Shown here: piece by piece, positions 1-8,620 of the stretch | Layout: each line of letters starts with the position of its first letter | Position numbering within the stretch: the stretch's first letter is position 1 | Origin: a virus | Lineage: Duplodnaviria > Caudoviricetes | Length of the DNA stretch: 64,000 nucleotides | Reading direction: 5' to 3' (one strand) | IMG/VR virus record: IMGVR_UViG_3300036971_000112 | Coordinates: 4,536 to 68,535 of that record | The notes under the pieces: model-generated | The model's database searches: none | What the model saw: the letters and a program-made list of their open reading frames with translations, nothing else | What the model was told of the DNA's origin: nothing | Position numbers and translations under genes: made by a program

Positions 1-8
1 ACTCAACT

Positions 9-191
9 TCAACTTTTTCGAGTTTTGTTCTCATCTTTCAACCAGTCTGCCAGTTTAAGTAGCCCTGTAACCGCTGCATAACTCACTGCAAAGTGCAGCA
101 GAGCTACGGCAACACACAGACCTGCCAAAAGAATTAAAGCAACCCGCGTCAACCATCTAGGCAGATTCAACAAGTTGTGCAAGGTAATCAT
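9..191 (-). CDS. small hypothetical membrane protein
   Basis: 60-aa ORF with one hydrophobic stretch, co-oriented with neighbours. Confidence 0.45.
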   Translation of the reverse strand: MITLHNLLNLPRWLTRVALILLAGLCVAVALLHFAVSYAAVTGLLKLADWLKDENKTRKS

Positions 192-825
192 CCAGCACCT
201 TTTTAAGGTTGGGTTTAAAGTAGTTCGGTCCTTTCAAAATCTTACCGTCTTCACGGTAAATTGGTAGACCATCTGCGCCAAGTTTGCTCATGTTTGAAGC
301 GTGGACTTCAAGGAAACCCAGCTCAAATGGGAAGTTCAGGCTATCGGCAATGCCGATACAGTAGTCGAGCAAATTTTGCAGGTTACGCAGAATCGTGCTG
401 ACCAAATAGCTTTTGGTTGACGGGAACTTATTCAAGTCCATTAAGTTTTCGCTTAATAAGGTTAACTCAGCCGCTAAAGGTTGAAAGATGTCATCCATTA
501 GCTGAAGCTCTTCAAACATTTCCTGACTAACATCAGAGCTATCTAAATGCAAACCGAAGGCACAGGCAGTACCGATGGTCACAACCGCTACATCAACCAG
601 CGAGTCGAAGATTTCGATGATGGCCGCTTCTTTCGCTTCACCATCTTGCTCAGGATCGTTCAGGATGATTTCCGCATCCATGCCCTCTTTCAGTTCCTCA
701 GTAATTAAATTGAGGCGAAGGCCAACTAGCTTTGGGTCAAGCAAGTTTTTCATCGACACCTGAGGCTCATTTGGATGGCCAAACTTGGTATGAAATTCAG
801 CAATTAACTTTTGTAAATCTTGCAT
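157..825 (-). CDS. MazG-like (DR2231-type) NTP pyrophosphohydrolase
   Basis: FH..F, LR..LI.EE..E, D.L.D, EVH.SNMSK and REDGKILKGPNY motifs. Confidence 0.8.
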   Translation of the reverse strand: MQDLQKLIAEFHTKFGHPNEPQVSMKNLLDPKLVGLRLNLITEELKEGMDAEIILNDPEQDGEAKEAAIIEIFDSLVDVAVVTIGTACAFGLHLDSSDVSQEMFEELQLMDDIFQPLAAELTLLSENLMDLNKFPSTKSYLVSTILRNLQNLLDYCIGIADSLNFPFELGFLEVHASNMSKLGADGLPIYREDGKILKGPNYFKPNLKKVLDDYLAQLVESA

Positions 826-834
826 ATTAAATCC

Positions 835-1191
835 TTAAAACTGCGAAGCGGGTCGGGTAACGACCTGTGTGGTTGGGAAAGCATAGTAGATAATAAAGTC
901 GTTAGTACACTTACTGCACAAGTTGACTAGACCGTTAATTTGGCGATCGCGCTGATGAAACTTAGCCGAGTCATCACGGTGCGGAAACTGTGAAACTTCT
1001 GTCCGAGCCTGAATGGAGTAAGCATAAATCAAGTCCTCATGGCGGCCTAACTCTTCTGAAACCATCTTCAGTTTCACAGCTTCAGCCAACGGGGATAGGT
1101 CACGCCAATCCATCTCATAACAAAGCTGATTTACACCAGCGTTTCTTTGCAGAATCAACAACGCGGTTGCAACTTCTTTGGGACTTAGCAT
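835..1191 (-). CDS. hypothetical protein
   Basis: 118-aa ORF in the minus-strand operon. Confidence 0.6.
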   Translation of the reverse strand: MLSPKEVATALLILQRNAGVNQLCYEMDWRDLSPLAEAVKLKMVSEELGRHEDLIYAYSIQARTEVSQFPHRDDSAKFHQRDRQINGLVNLCSKCTNDFIIYYAFPTTQVVTRPASQF

Positions 1192-1261
1192 CTTATAATT
1201 TCCAGTAACGGTTAATGATTACGTTGAAGTTTATCATTAACCGTTTTGGGGTTTGTTGGAG

Positions 1262-1423
1262 TTAGGTAAGTAAGGCTTCCAGTTCTTTAATCAGTTGCCT
1301 TACCTCGGCGGGGGTTAGCTCCTCTGTGAAGTGCTTATCACACTGCTCCTCAAAAATAAGGTTGCCGTTAGCTTGTTTTTTCACTGCAAAAACATGATCG
1401 AGCCTATCTTCTAAAATCGACAT
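1262..1423 (-). CDS. small hypothetical protein (53 aa, not in ORF track)
   Basis: Manual translation MSILEDRLDHVFAVKK...ELEALLT*; GAGG RBS; fills the gap after sbcC. Confidence 0.55.
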   Translation of the reverse strand: MSILEDRLDHVFAVKKQANGNLIFEEQCDKHFTEELTPAEVRQLIKELEALLT

Positions 1424-1432
1424 AAAAACCTC

Positions 1433-3538
1433 TCAAGAAAAAATAACACGTTTCAAGTTCTCAATCTCAACAGGCTCGTCCTCGTGACTCACCAACACAA
1501 CCTGCTCAACCGAACCGCTTTTGATTAAGTTTGCCAAAGCCTGCCACAGTAAACCTGTACGGTTCACATCCATCGAAGCATCTAACTCGTCACCGATAAC
1601 GACGCTGAAAACCTTATGGGTTAACACTTGTCCTAAAGCAATCCGCAGCGCAATGTTAATCACCGCCTGTTCACTGCCTGAGAACAACTCAACTCGTTTA
1701 CCGTCAGCTTTGACCGAAAAATCATCAAGCATTTGGATTAAGCGAATGACACCATTAGTCATCACGGTTACTAACGCGCTCGCTGCTCTATTGAGAGAAG
1801 GTAATAAGAAACTTTTAATGCGTTTCTTAGTCTCTTTTAAGCCAGCAATCGCAAGCTTATGGTCAGCAACGGTTAGTTCTAACTCGGCAATCCGTTCAGT
1901 ACGTTTTAAAAACTTAGCGGCTTCCAGCTCATAAGTAGCCAACTGGTAATCGTATTGCTCCGAAGCTTTAACCCAACTTTCCATGCTTCTTAGGCTTTCC
2001 TCACAACCTTCAAGACTTGTAACGTGAGCTACCAAAATCGCATTCTTGGCCACACTCTCTTTGAAGTGAACCAAGTTAGCTTCGTAGGTTGCGAAGGCCG
2101 CTACAAGGCTATCTTGATGCTTGAGGGCTTGCTCTAATTGGCCACAATACAAATGGTCAAAAGTTACGTCGCCTAACTCATCAAGCTGCTGCATGATTTC
2201 GGTATAGCGTTTTGATTTGGCTTCGTAAGTCACCACATCGCGTTCAAATTTATCTAAACGCTCTAACTGGAGCTTATAATCGGTAGCGAAGACTTTGTAC
2301 AGTTTCAGTAACTCGGCTTCAACTTCAGAGATACGAGCCAAGTTAGGTAATCGCATTTCTTCGACGATGAGGGAGGCTTCGGAGTATCTTCCGTTTTCCA
2401 CAATGTCGTTCGTTAAAATGGAAGTTAAATCCTCGGGTTTAACCAAAAGTCCTAAAGCTTTGCTGACGGAAGCTAACTCATGTTCAGCATTAGGTACAAA
2501 CTCATGCTCGCAAACAGGGCAGGTAACAAGGTGAGCTGAAACCTCTTTGAACCGTTCTACCAGTTTGTAAACTTGACTACACCAACGGTCGTTATCAATC
2601 TCCTCCCGTGTCAGCCGAGGTTTATCCAGCAAGCCACGCTCTTGTTCAAGCAAGCCAATCTTTTTATCAAGGTCAGCCATTGCCAACAGTGCTTCTCTTG
2701 GCAGCGTGTCAGGACGTATAGGGGCAGCAAGCTTGAAGCTGTCACGCTCTTGGATTAAGCGTTTTTGCTGGGAAACTTTCTGACCGATTTCTGCTTTACG
2801 AGCAAGCCAAGATTTCACGTCTTCGCGCAACTTCTCCAAGCTCTCTTCATCTAAGATAACCCCGTTTGGTTTTACAGGCTCAACCAAAGGTACGATCTTA
2901 GCCTTAGCTGTACGGTAACTGAGGACGACACCTTTTAAGCTTTCAAGTTTTTCGACTCTCTCATTAGGCAACAAAAACTGAGCTGGCATCTTAGGAACGA
3001 CAGGCTGTGAATGAAGTAGCGTATTCGCTTTCAAGTCTGCCGACGCTTCTAAAAGTACCTTATTCAGTTCACTAATAACCTTGTCGATAACTGTTAACCC
3101 TACAGTGTTCTCCAGCACTTGACGACGGTCTTCGGGGCGTAGGCGGTCAGTGAGGGCGTTAACCTGCCCTTGGCGGATATGGTTCGCTACGTTATAAACC
3201 TTCAAGCCGTAGCCCAAGAGTTTTAGCATCGCGGCGTTGACCGCTGTTGTACCAGAAGCTGTGGGATTTTTACCTTCGTACAGCATCGTTTCCTTTTTAC
3301 TGCGAACGACACGGAGGTCTTTGCCGCGCACTTTGAAGAGAAGCTGTACATCTAAGGTCGGGAACTCTTCCAGCGTACCCCGTAGGGCGGCAGTCCCGAA
3401 CAGGCAATAGGAAACCATCTCCAGTATCGTGGACTTGCCACGTCCGTTGGGGGCGGTGAGAAGGTTAAAGCCCTTCTCGAAATTGATAACGGCATCAGCA
3501 ACCGTAGGGTGGCCTTTGAGGATGAGTTTTTGTAACAT
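1433..3538 (-). CDS. sbcC: SbcC/Rad50-like SMC ATPase
   Basis: Walker A NGRGKST, coiled coils, CPVC zinc hook, FSGSE signature, Walker B VIGDELD, H-loop VSHE. Confidence 0.9.
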   Translation of the reverse strand: MLQKLILKGHPTVADAVINFEKGFNLLTAPNGRGKSTILEMVSYCLFGTAALRGTLEEFPTLDVQLLFKVRGKDLRVVRSKKETMLYEGKNPTASGTTAVNAAMLKLLGYGLKVYNVANHIRQGQVNALTDRLRPEDRRQVLENTVGLTVIDKVISELNKVLLEASADLKANTLLHSQPVVPKMPAQFLLPNERVEKLESLKGVVLSYRTAKAKIVPLVEPVKPNGVILDEESLEKLREDVKSWLARKAEIGQKVSQQKRLIQERDSFKLAAPIRPDTLPREALLAMADLDKKIGLLEQERGLLDKPRLTREEIDNDRWCSQVYKLVERFKEVSAHLVTCPVCEHEFVPNAEHELASVSKALGLLVKPEDLTSILTNDIVENGRYSEASLIVEEMRLPNLARISEVEAELLKLYKVFATDYKLQLERLDKFERDVVTYEAKSKRYTEIMQQLDELGDVTFDHLYCGQLEQALKHQDSLVAAFATYEANLVHFKESVAKNAILVAHVTSLEGCEESLRSMESWVKASEQYDYQLATYELEAAKFLKRTERIAELELTVADHKLAIAGLKETKKRIKSFLLPSLNRAASALVTVMTNGVIRLIQMLDDFSVKADGKRVELFSGSEQAVINIALRIALGQVLTHKVFSVVIGDELDASMDVNRTGLLWQALANLIKSGSVEQVVLVSHEDEPVEIENLKRVIFS

Positions 3539-4506
3539 TATGTGTTCTCCATCTTCAGTTCAGTTAAACGGTCTTTCACCCAGCTTGTTAAGCCTTCGGA
3601 AACCCCCTCTAAGCACTCGGTTAAAATGTTGTCGCTGTTGAACGAGTCGTAAGCGACTTCCAAAGGTTCGGCCTCGTCTTCGGCGATATGTTTGAAGACG
3701 AGACTTAGACAATCAACCTGCTGGTCAAAAACTTCATCACCTTTGAGCAAAATCCGAAGGTTCACATCTAAGAAGTCTTCAGGGTCACGAGCATTAAACT
3801 CGTCCAAAGTGAGTGTTTGGTAAAGTGGATCACCTTCCGCCTGCTCCCCATGAGCGTAAGGCTGCATCGAACCGACTGCGTGAACCGTAACACCATGACG
3901 TTCAATCGTTTGCGATTTATGAATATGTCCTGTGTAAGCGACAGGGATTTTAAGGGTTGCGAAAACGTCGGTCGGCACTAAATTGAAGTCAGAGACATGA
4001 GAGGTTAAGTCGTAGTGACCAAAGGCAGCTAAGTAGTTGCAATTTGCCGTAAGCTGGTTTGCGAGTTCCGCTGCTGATTTAAAAGCATCGTAGCCGAACA
4101 AAGCAAGGTAGCCGTTTTCGAGTTGAATCTCGTAAACGCCTTTAACAAAAACCACCTTAGGGCAAAGTCTTTCGAGAACGTCAAACGAGCCTTTCCTAAC
4201 ACTATCTCTACTGGAATCGTGATTGCCACGTAGAACGTAAATGGGTTTCCATCCCGCGGCTTTGTTCAACGTCTCGGCGACATCAAGAACAAGGTTTTCG
4301 GGAACACTGTACTTATCAAAGAGGTCACCCATAATAATAATAGGGACATCATCAACAGTGAGAACTCGCAGGTTAAAATCCAGCAGTACGTCAGCTTCGC
4401 GCTCGCCTAATCTGTGAACAGGTACGCCTGTTCTAAAGACACGGCCAAGATGGGGGTCACCGATTAACTTGAAATGGTGACCTGCAATTTCGATTATTTT
4501 GGACAT
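3538..4506 (-). CDS. sbcD: SbcD/Mre11-like metallophosphoesterase nuclease
   Basis: GDPHLG, GDLFD, GNHD, GHIH motifs; adjacent to sbcC; start moved to ATG 4506 after GGAG. Confidence 0.9.
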   Translation of the reverse strand: MSKIIEIAGHHFKLIGDPHLGRVFRTGVPVHRLGEREADVLLDFNLRVLTVDDVPIIIMGDLFDKYSVPENLVLDVAETLNKAAGWKPIYVLRGNHDSSRDSVRKGSFDVLERLCPKVVFVKGVYEIQLENGYLALFGYDAFKSAAELANQLTANCNYLAAFGHYDLTSHVSDFNLVPTDVFATLKIPVAYTGHIHKSQTIERHGVTVHAVGSMQPYAHGEQAEGDPLYQTLTLDEFNARDPEDFLDVNLRILLKGDEVFDQQVDCLSLVFKHIAEDEAEPLEVAYDSFNSDNILTECLEGVSEGLTSWVKDRLTELKMENT

Positions 4507-4572
4507 GGTTAACTCCAATAAGTGAAACGCCTCAATTGAGGCGTGTTGCGGTGTAACTTAGTGTAAGTCAGT

Positions 4573-4779
4573 TTAATTTTCTAAGGTGGGAGGTTCTGTA
4601 AGCCCTTGTTGGTTTTCTGTAACCGTAGGTACATCTCTCCAGACCCCTTTACCTGACACCCCGAGAGGGTCTGACCAATACTGCTGTAACACTGACTCCC
4701 CCTCAGCACTGAAAGGCTTTCGAGCTTTCTTAAACCACCGTAACTCGGCAGTCGCCACTAACAAACTATTCGCACTCAT
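4573..4779 (-). CDS. hypothetical protein
   Basis: 68-aa ORF, overlapping start/stop with upstream gene. Confidence 0.55.
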   Translation of the reverse strand: MSANSLLVATAELRWFKKARKPFSAEGESVLQQYWSDPLGVSGKGVWRDVPTVTENQQGLTEPPTLEN

Positions 4780-5060
4780 ACTATTTCCTCCAAAGAAACA
4801 AGATCACGCCAGCCGCGGGTTTCGCCGTCGATTACCTCATAATTTTGACGTAAAACGACTTTGAAAACCTGCTGTTCAGCGAGGTCTTTAACGTAAACGG
4901 TATGTTCCCCTTCAGGAACGTCACGATTCCAGCCAAGAAAGTGACTGGCGGTAAAAGGCACATCTACTTTGGCATTGTTGGTGGTGAAGTTTTCCCAGAA
5001 AGGTTTCCCCTCAAGTTTGCACTTCCACGACTTTTGGCCGTTAACGAGTTGGGGCATCAC
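4776..5060 (-). CDS. hypothetical protein
   Basis: 94-aa ORF, 4-nt overlaps on both sides. Confidence 0.6.
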   Translation of the reverse strand: MMPQLVNGQKSWKCKLEGKPFWENFTTNNAKVDVPFTASHFLGWNRDVPEGEHTVYVKDLAEQQVFKVVLRQNYEVIDGETRGWRDLVSLEEIV

Positions 5061-5692
5061 AGTACCTCGTTTCCGCCAACGGCGGTGTGGGTGAAAGGGG
5101 TAGGTTCAGGCCGAACCGCGCTAATACCACAATCAGTTTCCGCCATCAGTAAATACTTCAATTGATGAAGTACGTCATCGACCGCATCGTGCGCTGTACC
5201 CTCAAACGGGACGGATTTTTTCGATTTCATCGGTAAACCTTTCCCTTTGTACAACCCGCGAACGTAGGAGAGTAAGTCAATCGTGTCCCAGTATTTGATT
5301 GGGAAAGCCACGCCTAAATCTTTGAAATAGGATTGGAGAAACATGAAATCGAAACCGTTACGGTTAGCCCAGAACGTAGGCCGTACCTGTCCCAGCCAAT
5401 TATTAAACGCAAGGCAGGCAATGTGTGGGGCAATCTGGTTCATCGTTGCCTTTTCATAGGCTTCAGGCTTACCCAGCCACCAATCGCGTGTTGACTCCGA
5501 CCACATACGATGGTGCATCGTAGGGTGCAAGCACACGTTGAAAGGGACAGGATCGTATTCCTGAGTTCGCAAGTTAAAGCGAATGGCAGCGATTTGCAGA
5601 ATATGGCCGCGGTCGGGGGCAACATCAGTTGTTTCTAAATCGCACATCACATCGGGGAAGCTTGTGGGTGGTAGGTCAGGTCTTGGAATCAT
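5057..5692 (-). CDS. DEDDh 3'-5' exonuclease (Rv2179c/ExoVIII-like)
   Basis: MCDLET, WANRNGFD, HDAVDD motifs; start moved to MIPRPD. Confidence 0.85.
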   Translation of the reverse strand: MIPRPDLPPTSFPDVMCDLETTDVAPDRGHILQIAAIRFNLRTQEYDPVPFNVCLHPTMHHRMWSESTRDWWLGKPEAYEKATMNQIAPHIACLAFNNWLGQVRPTFWANRNGFDFMFLQSYFKDLGVAFPIKYWDTIDLLSYVRGLYKGKGLPMKSKKSVPFEGTAHDAVDDVLHQLKYLLMAETDCGISAVRPEPTPFTHTAVGGNEVL

Positions 5693-5810
5693 TTTCTTCA
5701 CTCGCTTTAATGTGTTGTTTTTCAGCTTCAATAAGCAGGTGGTCAACGCGTTCTAAACGACGTTCAGCTTCTTGGTAGAGCTGGGCGAAGTATTCATCAG
5801 ATAAGGTCAT
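5676..5810 (-). CDS. small hypothetical protein (44 aa, not in ORF track)
   Basis: Manual translation MTLSDEYFAQLYQEAERRLE...; ATGA overlap with upstream stop. Confidence 0.55.
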   Translation of the reverse strand: MTLSDEYFAQLYQEAERRLERVDHLLIEAEKQHIKASEENDSKT

Positions 5811-6022
5811 ATCTTCGTTACCTTCAAAAATGTCACCATTGTTTCACCGAGAAAGGTAAAAACGTGAGCTAAAATCCACGCAATAAAACGTGGGACGAGG
5901 AGCAGCAGAATCGCTAAAAGAAGCGGGAAAATTGTCCAGCCGTAGTCTCCCCAAAGCTGTTCGATTTCATTCTTTTCCATTTCAGGTTTCCATTTTAGGT
6001 TGTGGGGTTTGGGGGCGGTCAT
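5807..6022 (-). CDS. small membrane protein
   Basis: Hydrophobic segment; GAGGGG RBS before ATG 6022. Confidence 0.6.
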   Translation of the reverse strand: MTAPKPHNLKWKPEMEKNEIEQLWGDYGWTIFPLLLAILLLLVPRFIAWILAHVFTFLGETMVTFLKVTKI

Positions 6023-6135
6023 AAACACCCCTCGCATCGTTTTGTGTAGCGAACCAGTTTGAGCAGATATTTGCTGCTCCGCTTTGAGAGGTCTTTGTGG
6101 CGAAATTCAGCCCAAAGGTTTTGTCGATAGCTCAT
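6019..6135 (-). CDS. small basic protein (38 aa, not in ORF track)
   Basis: Manual translation MSYRQNLWAEF...; ATGA overlaps at both ends. Confidence 0.45.
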   Translation of the reverse strand: MSYRQNLWAEFRHKDLSKRSSKYLLKLVRYTKRCEGCL

Positions 6136-6290
6136 AAACACTTCAACTTTGTAATTTCACAGCTTACAGCAGGAATAAAATCTCCCTGCGGTGAACTGCA
6201 ACGAACTAAGAAAACGCAGAACGCTAAATAAGAGCCGACTGTGAAACCGATTAACGCGCCTTTGGATAAGGACTTTAGACTTTCAATCAT
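6132..6290 (-). CDS. small membrane protein (52 aa, not in ORF track)
   Basis: Manual translation MIESLKSLSKGALIGFTVGSYLAFCVFLV...; overlaps resolvase stop. Confidence 0.45.
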   Translation of the reverse strand: MIESLKSLSKGALIGFTVGSYLAFCVFLVRCSSPQGDFIPAVSCEITKLKCL

Positions 6291-6672
6291 GTCTATAAAT
6301 CTCCAATTCAGTAAGACTTAAACTTTTAATGCCTTCCTTAGCTTTGTTTAAGATAACGAAGGCTGGGATCAAATACCATGTTTCAGTTTCTTTCTGAAAC
6401 AGGTAGAACAAGTAAGGCTGCTGTAAAGCGTGAATCTTAGCCGCCCATGCAAATTGCGAAGACTTGATATTTGAAAACGGGAATCTCGTACCTTTAAAAG
6501 ATTTGACCTCACAATAGATAGAGCCATTAGGGTAAACGCAGACAAAATCGCTCGGATTACTCTTTAGCCAACTACCGTTAGCATTTCCAGTGTCCTGAAA
6601 TCTGATCGGTAAACCACCGTTGAGTTTCACTCTATCTTCAAAAAGAAGCTCTACTTGTTTTGGCGTAAGCAT
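6283..6672 (-). CDS. RecU-like Holliday junction resolvase (PD-(D/E)XK)
   Basis: NPSDF...CEVKS, RFPFSNIKSSQ motifs. Confidence 0.75.
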   Translation of the reverse strand: MLTPKQVELLFEDRVKLNGGLPIRFQDTGNANGSWLKSNPSDFVCVYPNGSIYCEVKSFKGTRFPFSNIKSSQFAWAAKIHALQQPYLFYLFQKETETWYLIPAFVILNKAKEGIKSLSLTELEIYRHD

Positions 6673-6741
6673 GGTTTGTTACTCTAATTGGTGTGCTTAG
6701 AGTAACAAGATTCTACGTTCCAAATGTCGGTTTTATGTAAG

Positions 6742-7050
6742 TTACTGCTTAATTGCATGGATGCGAACGTACCTTATTACATCACCCTCAACACACTCGG
6801 TTGCTGCCTCAGCCATTACGGTTTTGGCCAGAGTGTGTAGGCTGATTTTCTCTTTCGGAGCGGCGTAAGCCTTGACTACCTCACGAACAAGGTTATCAGG
6901 TGCAACAATCCCGATCGTGATATGGCAGCTCCAGTGCTGAGGGTGCTTCTCGGCTGATAAGAATGCCCCCTTAAACCTCAAATCTTTACGACTCTCCAAT
7001 GTCAGGGCATCGAACCAACATTCTGTACGACAGGGTTTACGTTTGCTCAT
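6742..7050 (-). CDS. hypothetical protein
   Basis: 102-aa ORF with GGGGAG RBS and TCAAAATG start. Confidence 0.65.
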   Translation of the reverse strand: MSKRKPCRTECWFDALTLESRKDLRFKGAFLSAEKHPQHWSCHITIGIVAPDNLVREVVKAYAAPKEKISLHTLAKTVMAEAATECVEGDVIRYVRIHAIKQ

Positions 7051-7348
7051 TTTGAATCTCCCCTATTTTCTTGATAATCGTACCTAAGTCAGCCTCCAAC
7101 CACCAACCGCGTGGTGTGAGGCCGTCGTTCGCTACGAGGCCGAGGGTCTGTTGTGAGACTCGAAGTAGTAAGCGTTGTAGGGAACGAAGCTGCTTGGTGT
7201 ACCCCGTTTGTCGCATAAGTTCTTCTGTACCGATACGGCGGCCTCTGGGGGCGGCAGCGAGGTAAGCTAGAACTCGGCAAAATTCTACAAAGTTATCATC
7301 AAAACCTTGACCTGATTTACCTGTCTTGGTGAGCTTTTGTTGACTCAT
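7037..7348 (-). CDS. hypothetical protein, possible HTH
   Basis: GAGGAG RBS with TCAAAATG start at 7348; GTEELMRQTGY helix-turn-helix-like segment. Confidence 0.6.
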   Translation of the reverse strand: MSQQKLTKTGKSGQGFDDNFVEFCRVLAYLAAAPRGRRIGTEELMRQTGYTKQLRSLQRLLLRVSQQTLGLVANDGLTPRGWWLEADLGTIIKKIGEIQNEQT

Positions 7349-7569
7349 TTTGATACTCCTCTCAGAAAATTCCCTATGTGCCATTTATGGCAATAGGGAC
7401 ACTTGTAAGCTTGGCGGGGAGTACTCGTCGCAAGACGAGTACTCGCTACCCTCACAGCTAACTTATAGCTATCGAAGGCAACCTTATCCGTACATACGTG
7501 GTACGAATCGTTCGCCCGAACCCTTGAAACTCTCTCGGTTCGGAAGAAATTTTTCTCACGGTTAGCCAT
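7345..7569 (-). CDS. small Cys/His protein
   Basis: C..K..F and AYKCPYCHKWHI motifs typical of a small phage protein family. Confidence 0.6.
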   Translation of the reverse strand: MANREKNFFRTERVSRVRANDSYHVCTDKVAFDSYKLAVRVASTRLATSTPRQAYKCPYCHKWHIGNFLRGVSK

Positions 7570-7807
7570 CTTTGAGCTTCTCCAGTGAGTGTTTAATTTC
7601 CAAAAAGCCGTAGATTTGGCTCACCTCACTGATAAAATCCTTGAAGGAATTGCTTACTCGGTGTAAGTCAGTCAGGTGCAAAGTTCTTTGGAAGAAACCA
7701 GCAGAGCAGGAATTTTCCTGACTGCCAGAGTATTGGGTCAGTTCGCCATTTTTAAGGAAAAAGGCGAGGTACTGGTTATTTGCGTTTAGGCGGAAGATTA
7801 CCCTCAT
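7562..7807 (-). CDS. hypothetical protein
   Basis: 81-aa ORF, overlapping neighbours. Confidence 0.55.
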   Translation of the reverse strand: MRVIFRLNANNQYLAFFLKNGELTQYSGSQENSCSAGFFQRTLHLTDLHRVSNSFKDFISEVSQIYGFLEIKHSLEKLKDG

Positions 7808-8004
7808 TTCTGTGTTTCCTCACTCAAAGCTTTAGTGCAACGGTCAAGCAACCGTTGATATTTACGTTGCTGGATTTCGAGTTCATCCAGCTCATCTTCA
7901 AACTCAATAACGTCAGGACAGCTTGCTACGTGATAGTGAATATCTGCGATAGCACCTTTGATCGCTTCAACAACAAGCGCGAGACTTTTACCTGTGATTT
8001 GCAT
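7804..8004 (-). CDS. hypothetical coiled-coil protein
   Basis: AAGGAG RBS before ATG 8004. Confidence 0.6.
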   Translation of the reverse strand: MQITGKSLALVVEAIKGAIADIHYHVASCPDVIEFEDELDELEIQQRKYQRLLDRCTKALSEETQK

Positions 8005-8212
8005 TTTGTTTCTCCTTTCGTTCAATTAAATACTCACACCTCATACAGTAGAGTGAGTTTGTACCATGTATCTTGTAAAGCCGAGCTAACTCTATTTTGG
8101 CGGCGGAAAGGTTTCCAGCGTCAATCAGGTCGTAGCACTTCTCAAAGTCCCTTTGGATTAAGCTACCAACAGTTAGATAGATAGATAAATTGAAGGATTG
8201 TGAAGTAAAGTT

Positions 8213-8437
8213 TCATTTCGAGACTCCTACTGGTTCAACAGTTTCAAACTTGTGCGTTTTCACCGCACTGCAAAAGAGAACTTCCTTGCCATCCTTTTTA
8301 CGGGAGTTGAAGTTCAACAACATAAACTGGTCATTGACAGTGGTGTCGATCACCAAGTTGCCGACGACACGGAGGTTGATTGCGACAACGTATTTGCCTG
8401 CAATCAAACGTAATAACCATTCACGAAATAAGCTCAT
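8213..8437 (-). CDS. hypothetical protein
   Basis: 74-aa ORF with GAGG RBS. Confidence 0.55.
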   Translation of the reverse strand: MSLFREWLLRLIAGKYVVAINLRVVGNLVIDTTVNDQFMLLNFNSRKKDGKEVLFCSAVKTHKFETVEPVGVSK

Positions 8438-8521
8438 AAGAACCTCTAGCGTTGAAAAAATTGATGTTTTGATAATACAAAATTAGCACAGATAATAGTG
8501 ATGGTTTTGTGTAAAATTAAC

Positions 8522-8580
8522 GGGTCGCAGCGTAGGCCGTACACCGAAAGACAGTCTGCTTAACTGTTTCGCTGCGACTC
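8522..8580 (+). promoter_or_regulatory. structured leader (three-way junction) of HNH-AP2 gene 1
   Basis: Stalk GGGTCGCAGCG/CGCTGCGACTC, two inner hairpins linked by GAAAG, then U-rich tract; homologous element at 32763-32813. Confidence 0.65.
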
Positions 8581-8620
8581 TTTTCTTTAAGCGTTTAACT
8601 TTTTAGCAAGGTTGAAAATT

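Noticed and set aside
8174-8189. (GATA)n microsatellite
   Set aside because: About three units only, within chance expectation.
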